The notes beneath the pieces were generated by a model that saw nothing but the letters and a program-made list of their open reading frames with translations, was not told the DNA's origin and did no database searches. The position numbers and the translations under genes are program-made. This document shows positions 17,177 through 23,589 of a stretch of DNA of 23,589 nt, piece by piece. Source of the DNA: Gemmatimonadota bacterium (lineage in GTDB: Bacteria; Gemmatimonadota; Gemmatimonadetes; Gemmatimonadales; GWC2-71-9); the NCBI GenBank assembly GCA_003221005.1, contig QHTZ01000016.1:1-23589 (forward strand), in the 5' to 3' direction. Each line of letters starts with the position of its first letter. Position 1 is the first letter of the stretch.

Positions 17177-17769
17177 ACCGCCCCGCCGACGCCTCGAGTG
17201 CCGTGCGGTCCCGGATGACGATCTCCCGGCGGCTCACATCGATGTACCCCTTTTCCACAAGGTCCCGCATGGTGCGGCTCACCGTCTCCCGGCTCGAGCC
17301 GATCATCTGCGCGATCGTGTGGTGTGTGAGCCGCCGGGTGATCCGCTCCGATCCGGCCTCGTCAGCGAGCTCGAGCAGGAGCTGCGCGACCCGCCCGTTT
17401 ACGTCGAGCAGCACCAGACTGCCCACCTTCTCGTCCACGCGCCGCAGCCGGCGGGACAGCTCGCGCAGCAGCGCCAGCGCGATCCCGGGTGTCTGCTTGA
17501 GGATGCCTTGGAAGTCCTCCCGTCGGAGCACGAGCAGCGTCGAGTCTTCCATCGCGATCACGTGCGCGGAGCGCGGTTCGTCGTCCACCAGCGCCATCTC
17601 GCCGAAGAACTCGCCTTCGCCCATCACTGAGAGAATCACCTCGCGCGAACAGGATGACGGAGTTGCGGGGATAGGCGCGCTCCCGGGAGATCTCCGACAC
17701 CCGCTCGAGGTCCGAGGGTGCAAGTTGGCTGAAGAGCGGGACTTTCCTGAGAGTGTCGGTGACTGCCAA
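17172..17769 (-). pseudogene. crp: Crp/Fnr family cAMP-binding transcriptional regulator, interrupted by an internal out-of-frame deletion near 17646 (real lesion or assembly error)
   Basis: TTG 17769 reads MAVTDTLRKVPLFSQL...YPRNSVILF, then the frame switches to REVILSVMGEGEFFGEMAL..EPRSA...LTHHTIAQMIGSSRETVSR. The beta2-beta4 segment of the cNMP domain (GD.LY.V..G.VKV) is missing. Confidence 0.9.
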
Positions 17770-17800
17770 GCGTGGAGTGCCCTTCTGGGTTGGAGGGGCA

Positions 17801-17829
17801 AGCTTACCTGCTCACCTGCCTCGTGTCAA
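17801..17829 (-). promoter_or_regulatory. Sigma70-type promoter of crp
   Basis: TTGACA (17829-17824), 17-nt spacer, TAAGCT (17806-17801) on the minus strand, about 30 nt before the TTG start. Confidence 0.75.
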
Positions 17830-17849
17830 TTCGGCGCGCCGCACGCCGC

Positions 17850-17879
17850 TTGCCGCCAACTTCCGGTGCCAATTATATT
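17850..17879 (+). promoter_or_regulatory. Sigma70-type promoter of the rpmE-prfA operon
   Basis: TTGCCG (17850-55), 18-nt spacer, TATATT (17874-79). Confidence 0.65.
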
Positions 17880-17922
17880 TCCGCCCTTCGTCTGGGTCGA
17901 TACCTAAGCAAGGATGCGAGCA

Positions 17923-18135
17923 GTGAAACCCGGGATTCACCCCACCTACCAACGGGCCACCGTGCAGTGCGCCTGCGGCAACAGCTTCGTGACGCGGTCC
18001 ACGGTGCCCGTGATTCACGTGGAGATCTGCGCCCAGTGCCACCCGTTCTTCACCGGCAAGCAGAAGCTGGTGGATACGGCCGGGCGCGTGGAGCGGTTCC
18101 GCCGGAAATACGGGACAGAGAAGGTCGGGAGCTGA
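17923..18135 (+). CDS. rpmE: 50S ribosomal protein L31 (Zn-binding, C+ type)
   Basis: [36 protein letters not shown]; AAGGA RBS before GTG 17923. Confidence 0.97.
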   Translation: MKPGIHPTYQRATVQCACGNSFVTRSTVPVIHVEICAQCHPFFTGKQKLVDTAGRVERFRRKYGTEKVGS

Positions 18136-18138
18136 GTC

Positions 18139-19197
18139 ATGGAGGCCCGACTCCGCCAAGCGCTCGCGCGGGCGGAGGAGGTCGCCCATGAGCTGGCCGA
18201 CCCCGAGACGGCGCGGAATCCGGCCAAGCTGAAGCAGCTGGGTCGCGAGCATGCGCGGCTCGACGCCATCCGGCAGTCCCACGTGCGCCTGGAGCGGCTA
18301 CAGCGGGAGCTCGCGCAGGCCCGGGAAGTGCTGCACGACCGGGATCCCGAGCTGTCGCAGCTCGCGCGGGCCGATGTCGAGCGCCTGCAGCCGGAGGTTG
18401 AGCGACTGGAGCGCGAGCTTGGGGAGCTTTTGGCCCCCACCGATCCCTTGGACGATCGCGACGCCATCGTCGAGATCCGGGCCGGCACCGGCGGAGATGA
18501 AGCGGCCCTGTTCGCGGCCGATCTATTCCGCATGTACACGCGCTTCTCCGAACGCCGGGGCTGGAAGGTGGAGGTGCTGTCGCTCTCGGAGGGAAACCTG
18601 GGCGGGCTCAAAGAAGCCATCTTCGCGGCGCGTGGGCCGAAGGCGTACGGCGTCCTCCGCTATGAATCGGGCGTCCACCGCGTTCAGCGCGTCCCCGTCA
18701 CGGAAGCACAGGGGCGCATCCACACCTCGGCGGCAACCGTCGCCGTTCTTCCTGAGGCCGAGGAAGTGGACATCAAGATCGAAGAGAAGGATCTCCGCAT
18801 CGATGTCTTCCGCTCGTCGGGTCCCGGGGGCCAGAGCGTCAATACCACGGACTCGGCCGTCCGGGTCACGCACCTGCCCACGGGCCTCGTGGTGCAGTGT
18901 CAGGACCAGAAGTCGCAGCTCCAAAACAAGATCAAAGCGCTCGAGATCCTGCGCTCGCGGCTGCTCGACCGCATGGTCGCGGAGCAGGAGGCCGCCCGCG
19001 CTCGCGAGCGGCGCGCCCAGGTGGGCACGGGCGACCGCTCCGCCAAGATCCGCACTTACAACTTCCCGCAGAATCGCATCACCGACCACCGGATCCACTA
19101 CACGGTTCATAACCTCAGCGATGTGCTGGGTGGCAAATTGGACGACCTGATTGGCGCGTTGAAGCTCGCAGGCGAGCGGGAACGACTCAGTGCCTGA
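18139..19197 (+). CDS. prfA: Peptide chain release factor 1
   Basis: EIRAGTGGDEA, ESGVHRVQRVPVTE (PxT specificity motif), GPGGQSVNTTDSAVR, KIRTYNFPQ. Confidence 0.97.
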   Translation: MEARLRQALARAEEVAHELADPETARNPAKLKQLGREHARLDAIRQSHVRLERLQRELAQAREVLHDRDPELSQLARADVERLQPEVERLERELGELLAPTDPLDDRDAIVEIRAGTGGDEAALFAADLFRMYTRFSERRGWKVEVLSLSEGNLGGLKEAIFAARGPKAYGVLRYESGVHRVQRVPVTEAQGRIHTSAATVAVLPEAEEVDIKIEEKDLRIDVFRSSGPGGQSVNTTDSAVRVTHLPTGLVVQCQDQKSQLQNKIKALEILRSRLLDRMVAEQEAARARERRAQVGTGDRSAKIRTYNFPQNRITDHRIHYTVHNLSDVLGGKLDDLIGALKLAGERERLSA

Positions 19198-20080
19198 CGC
19201 CCTCGCCGCCCGCCGCCCGTCCATCGCGCAGCAGCTCGCGCTCGCGGCCGGCCGACTCGAAGCGTTGGGGGTGCGGAACGGCCAGCGGGAGGCGACGTCC
19301 CTGTGGGCTGCGGTCGCGGGCGTGGCGCGGGGGGAGGTGTGGTTGCGCCGCGACGACGCGCCGGCGGAGGCCGTGGCGACGCGCTTCTGGGAAGCGGTGC
19401 AGCGGCGCTCGAGCGGTATTCCCTTTGCGTATGCGGTCGGGCGAGTCGCCTATCGGAGGCTCGAGCTCAGTCTCGACGCGCGCGCGCTGATCCCGCGGCC
19501 CGAGACGGAGGGACTGGTGGATCTCGTGCTCCAGGTGACGAGGGACGGGGGACGAGGGACGGGGGGAGTCGCGGCGGATATCGGGACGGGATGTGGATGT
19601 ATCGCGCTGAGCCTTGCAGTCGAAGGGGACTTCGACCGCGTGGTAGCGGTGGAGCGCTCGCCCGAAGCTGCGCTGCTCGCCCGCGAGAATGTGGCCCTGG
19701 TTCGCCCCGCGACTCCGGTCGAACTGCGCGTCGGAGATCTGCTCGGGCCGTTGGCCGGAGAGCGCTTCCGGGCGATCGTCGCCAACCCTCCCTACCTCAC
19801 CACGGCGGAATACGCCGCGCTCGATCCCGCGGTTCGGGTGTTCGAGCCGCGCGAGGCGCTGGAGAGCGGCGCGGACGGGTTGGATGCGACCCGCGCGCTA
19901 CTCGCCGGTGCGGGTACGCTGCTCGAGTCGGGCGGGGTGCTCGCGCTCGAGATCGACGAGCGACGGGCGGATCAGGTGCGCGCGCTCGCCCGCGAATACG
20001 GCTGGAACCGCACGCTCGTCCACGAAGACCTGTTCGGCAGGCCGCGCTACGCCCTCGCGTTTGCGGGGGAGCACAGGTGA
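19190..20080 (+). CDS. prmC: Release factor glutamine methyltransferase
   Basis: LIPRPETE, DIGTGCGCIA, ANPPY, EPREAL.SG.DGLD; directly follows prfA. Confidence 0.95.
   Translation: MPDALAARRPSIAQQLALAAGRLEALGVRNGQREATSLWAAVAGVARGEVWLRRDDAPAEAVATRFWEAVQRRSSGIPFAYAVGRVAYRRLELSLDARALIPRPETEGLVDLVLQVTRDGGRGTGGVAADIGTGCGCIALSLAVEGDFDRVVAVERSPEAALLARENVALVRPATPVELRVGDLLGPLAGERFRAIVANPPYLTTAEYAALDPAVRVFEPREALESGADGLDATRALLAGAGTLLESGGVLALEIDERRADQVRALAREYGWNRTLVHEDLFGRPRYALAFAGEHR
19535..19562 (+). repeat. 4x heptamer tandem array inside prmC
   Basis: gtgacga-gggacgg-gggacga-gggacgg, encoding VTRDGGRGTG. Confidence 0.75.
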
Positions 20081-20430
20081 TCGACGACAAGGCGCTAGAG
20101 CTCGGTCGCCTGCTCGGTCAGAGCGAGGAATACCGCGCGCTCGTCCGGGCCACTGACCGGATGAAAGAGGACGCCGAGTGCCAGAAGCTGCTCGCCGAAG
20201 TCGAGCGCGTGGCGCAGCAAATCGACCGGGCCGCGCAGGCGGGCCAGGAGCCGAACAAGGAGCAAGTGGAGCAGTACGACCGGGCGCTCGAGACCGCCCA
20301 AGCCAATGCGGTGTACCAGCAGGTGGTCGCGGCGCAAGCCAACTTCGAAAAGCTCATGGCGAGGATGAACGCGCGGATCTACGAGGGCATCAAGAAAGGC
20401 GCCGCGAGCCCCATCATCACGCTGACCTGA
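20077..20430 (+). CDS. YlbF/YmcA-like regulator
   Basis: GTGA overlap; MIDDKALELGRLLGQSEEY pattern, all-helical 117 aa, Q..FEKLM..MN..I C-terminus. Confidence 0.8.
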   Translation: MIDDKALELGRLLGQSEEYRALVRATDRMKEDAECQKLLAEVERVAQQIDRAAQAGQEPNKEQVEQYDRALETAQANAVYQQVVAAQANFEKLMARMNARIYEGIKKGAASPIITLT

Positions 20431-20435
20431 GGGCG

Positions 20436-21068
20436 ATGAAACCGCTGTTCGTCGTGGTCGAGGGACCCGAGGGGGCGGGGAAGTCGACGCTCGCGGGTTG
20501 GCTGGTGACGCGGCTCGAGGCGGAGGGCTGGTCGGTGGTGGCGGTGCGCGAGCCGGGTGGCACGCCCGTGGCGGAGGCCGCGCGCAAAGTGGCTCTCACC
20601 TCGCCGGACGCCCTGACGCCTGCGTCGGAGCTGTTTCTGATGCTCGCCGCCCGTGCCGATCTGGTGACGCGCGTGATCCGACCGGCGCTCGCCGCTGGTC
20701 AGGTAGTGATCGCGGACCGGTTCGACCTCTCCACCCTGGCGTACCAGGTGGCGGGCGCGGGATTGCCGCGGGCGGAGGTCGAGGTCGCGAACCGTCTGGC
20801 GACGGGGGACCTGATCCCCGACATTACGTTGGTGCTGGACGTTCCGGTGGAGGTCGGGCGCGCGCGGCAGCGCCGCGCGCGCAAGTTCCGGGACCGGTTC
20901 GAGCGACAGGGCGACGCCTTCCACCGGCGGGTCCTTCAGGCGTACCGCGCGGCGGGTGGGCCCGGGGTGGTCCACATCGATGCGTCGCAGTCCAGGCAGG
21001 CTGTGCAGGACGCCGCGTGGCGCGAGGTCATGGCGGCGTCGGCACCCACACTTCGAGGGGTCTCATGA
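20436..21068 (+). CDS. tmk: Thymidylate kinase
   Basis: FVVVEGPEGAGKST P-loop, REPGGT, ELFLMLAARA, ADRF..ST.AYQ, PDITLVLD, DRFE. Confidence 0.96.
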   Translation: MKPLFVVVEGPEGAGKSTLAGWLVTRLEAEGWSVVAVREPGGTPVAEAARKVALTSPDALTPASELFLMLAARADLVTRVIRPALAAGQVVIADRFDLSTLAYQVAGAGLPRAEVEVANRLATGDLIPDITLVLDVPVEVGRARQRRARKFRDRFERQGDAFHRRVLQAYRAAGGPGVVHIDASQSRQAVQDAAWREVMAASAPTLRGVS

Positions 21069-22681
21069 AGCACCGGAAGCTCTTCCTAGTCGCCGTCGTC
21101 ACCGTGGTCGCGCTGGCCACCGGCGGGTGGCTGTTACAGCGCGAGGCCGAGCCTGTCGGTACGGTCTATCAGCAGGCGCGTCTGTTCGAGGACGTGCTGT
21201 CGCGCGTCGCCGACTACTACGTCGACTCGATCGACGAGCGGCAGCTCTACCAGATGGCGATCGACGGTCTGCTCGACCGTTTGCACGACCCCTACTCCGT
21301 GTTCCTCAAAAAGGATGACTTCCGCGCGCTTTCCGAGGCGACGTCGGGGAACTACGGCGGCCTCGGCATCCAGATCGACGTCCGGGACGGCTGGATCACC
21401 GTGATCGCGCCGCTGCCGGAGACGCCCGCGGAGCGCGCCGGCGTGCTATCGGGAGACCAGATCATCGCCTTGGACGGCCGCTCGACCGAAGGCTGGAAGA
21501 ACGATCAGGCGGTGAAGGAGCTGCGCGGGCAGCCGGGGACCACTGTCGAGCTGCGGGTGAAGCGCGTGGGGGTAGCCCAGCCGCTCACGTTCAAGATCGT
21601 CCGTGCTACGATTCACATCCGCTCCGTGTACACGTCGATGATGCTGGATGATCGCGTGGGGTTCATCGCGCTGTCACCGGTGAGCGAGACCTCCGCGGAC
21701 GAGCTGACGACCGCCATCGGCGATCTCGGGAAGAAGGGCATGAAGTCGCTCATCCTCGACCTGCGCGGCAACCCGGGCGGCCTGCTCGACCAGGGGATCG
21801 CTGTCAGTGAGCTGTTCCTCGATCCGGGGCAGGAGGTCGTGGCGACGCGCGGTCGTGCACCGAACAGCTCGCGGGTGTACCGGGACGCAAAGCCGCAGCG
21901 CTGGCCCGGCCTGCCGATCGTCGTGCTGGTGAACGGCGGCACCGCGAGCGCGGCGGAGATCATCGCCGGCGCGCTTCAGGACCACGACCGGGCGGTCCTG
22001 GTGGGGACTCCGACCTTCGGGAAGGGGTTGGTGCAGTCGCTGTGGCAGCTCACGCCGGAGACTGCGCTGAAGCTCACGACGGCGCGCTGGTATACGCCGA
22101 GCGGTCGTACGATTCAGCGCAAGAGCCGCACTGAATCGGAGCAGGAGGCGCAAGTTGCGCTGGCGGAAGAAGGCCGGGATACGACCGCCGTGGACACCGC
22201 CCAGGTGTTCCGCACCGATCGCGGCCGCGTGGAGTACGGTGGCGGCGGCATCCGGCCGGATGTCGCCGTCTCGAGCGACACCTTCAGCGCGGCGGAGCGC
22301 GCGTTCGTGAGCGCGCTGGGAAACAGGATCACCATGTATCGCGACGTGGTGTCCACGTACGCACTCGAGTTGAAGGGGAGCGGCCATGTCACCGATCCCG
22401 GCTTCGCGGTGACCGAGGAGATGGTGCAGGAGGTGATGCGCCGCCTCCGTGCGCGGGGTGTGGTGATCCCGGACAGCGCCGCCGCCGGCGCTCGCAGGTT
22501 CGTCGGCCAGGAGCTGGGGTACGAGGTCGCGCGCTACGCCTTTGGGCGGCCGGCGGAGTCACGGCGGCGCATCGCGGACGACCACCAGGTGCAGGAGGCG
22601 CTCGCGCTTGCGCGGCGCGCCAAGTCTCCGCAGGATCTGCTGTCTCTCGCTGCCGCGTTGCCGCCCCCCACCCGGAACTAG
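21065..22681 (+). CDS. ctpA: S41 family carboxyl-terminal processing protease (PDZ)
   Basis: N-terminal TM, DPYS, YGGLGI PDZ, LDLRGNPGGLL, TASAAEI (Ser), TFGKGLVQ (Lys), ARWYTPSGR, GGGIRPD. Confidence 0.93.
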   Translation: MKHRKLFLVAVVTVVALATGGWLLQREAEPVGTVYQQARLFEDVLSRVADYYVDSIDERQLYQMAIDGLLDRLHDPYSVFLKKDDFRALSEATSGNYGGLGIQIDVRDGWITVIAPLPETPAERAGVLSGDQIIALDGRSTEGWKNDQAVKELRGQPGTTVELRVKRVGVAQPLTFKIVRATIHIRSVYTSMMLDDRVGFIALSPVSETSADELTTAIGDLGKKGMKSLILDLRGNPGGLLDQGIAVSELFLDPGQEVVATRGRAPNSSRVYRDAKPQRWPGLPIVVLVNGGTASAAEIIAGALQDHDRAVLVGTPTFGKGLVQSLWQLTPETALKLTTARWYTPSGRTIQRKSRTESEQEAQVALAEEGRDTTAVDTAQVFRTDRGRVEYGGGGIRPDVAVSSDTFSAAERAFVSALGNRITMYRDVVSTYALELKGSGHVTDPGFAVTEEMVQEVMRRLRARGVVIPDSAAAGARRFVGQELGYEVARYAFGRPAESRRRIADDHQVQEALALARRAKSPQDLLSLAAALPPPTRN

Positions 22682-23572
22682 GTGGGCGGTCCTCCCCCGG
22701 TCGTCGGCATCATCGGGCCCGGCCGGGCCGGGGTCGGGCTGGCGCTGGCGCTCGCCCACGCCGACTACCGCGTCCTGCTCCACGGCCGCCGCAAGCGGTC
22801 CGTTCCCAAGCCCCTGACCCTTGACGTCGGCTCTGCCGGCGAGCCGCCCTGCTGGATGCCCGAAGCGGGCGTCGTCATTCTCGCGGTACCGGACGACGCC
22901 ATCCGGCCGCTCGCCGAGATGCTGGCCGGCGCCGTCACCGCGTCGCATGTGATCCTCCATCTCTCGGGGGTGCAGGGGCAGGAAGCGCTCGGGCCGTTGG
23001 TGTCGTCCGGCGCGGCGCTCGGCTCGCTGCATCCGCTCCAGACGATCGCCGACCCGGAGCAGGCACCGGTGCGCCTGCGCGGCGCCTGGGCGGCCGTCGA
23101 AGGCATGCCGGCAGCGGTCGCGGCCGCCGAGCGGCTCGCCAGTGCTGTCGGGATGCGGCCGTTCCGGGTCGCCACCAAGGCCAAGGCGGTCTATCACGCG
23201 GGGGCGGTGTTCGCGTCCAACTACTTCGTGGTGGTGGAGGCGGTCGCGCAGCGACTGCTGCGTCACGCGGGGCTATCCGACCGAGACGCGTGGGCCGCGC
23301 TGCGCCCCCTCGTCGAGGGCACCTTCGCGAACCTGATGGCGCGGGAGCCCGCGGCGGCGCTGACCGGACCCGTCGAGCGCGGCGACGCGACCACGATCCA
23401 GCGTCACGTCGAATCCCTCACTCGCGACGACGCGCAACTCTACCGCAGCCTGGGGCGGGCCGCGCTCGAGCTTGCGCAGAAAGGGGGGATGGATCGAGCC
23501 ACGGCGGCACGCGTGGCCGAGGCGCTTGCTACTGATCTACCACCCGTACTCCCCGTGGCACCGAAAACCTGA
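22682..23572 (+). CDS. Rossmann-like and DUF2520 domain-containing protein (PanG-like)
   Basis: IIGPGRAG, ILAVPDDAI, HLSG, SLHPLQT, YHAGAVFASN, LTGPVERGD..TI..H. Confidence 0.9.
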   Translation: MGGPPPVVGIIGPGRAGVGLALALAHADYRVLLHGRRKRSVPKPLTLDVGSAGEPPCWMPEAGVVILAVPDDAIRPLAEMLAGAVTASHVILHLSGVQGQEALGPLVSSGAALGSLHPLQTIADPEQAPVRLRGAWAAVEGMPAAVAAAERLASAVGMRPFRVATKAKAVYHAGAVFASNYFVVVEAVAQRLLRHAGLSDRDAWAALRPLVEGTFANLMAREPAAALTGPVERGDATTIQRHVESLTRDDAQLYRSLGRAALELAQKGGMDRATAARVAEALATDLPPVLPVAPKT

Positions 23573-23589
23573 ACTCTCCCTCCGGCACG

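Noticed and set aside
18139-19197. Release factor 2 with programmed frameshift
   Set aside because: The PVT motif, continuous frame and prmC linkage identify RF1.

Overview
A very GC-rich, gene-dense bacterial chromosomal segment. Protein style, gene order and short-unit repeats suggest Gemmatimonadota (inference). In order it holds: two hypothetical envelope genes; a tightly coupled + strand run yajQ-rimO-hemL-SpoIID/LytB lipoprotein-beta-barrel-Gfo/Idh/MocA-lnt; a hydantoinase/oxoprolinase A/B pair with a half-size TauE; a four-gene - strand cluster that looks like a cyclic-nucleotide signalling module (Crp regulator, MBL-fold phosphodiesterase-like hydrolase, exported CsgG/TolB-N-TPR protein, REC-like/GAF/HD-GYP); and a housekeeping run rpmE-prfA-prmC-YlbF-like-tmk-S41 protease-DUF2520. 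Highlights: a perfect CRP-type box over the crp stop codon, placed like an activator site for the downstream genes; out-of-frame internal deletions in both hemL and crp with the same junction sequence; and 4-copy 7/8-nt tandem arrays that occur as palindromes and as in-frame segments of proteins. No rRNA, tRNA, CRISPR, transposase or integrase was seen.
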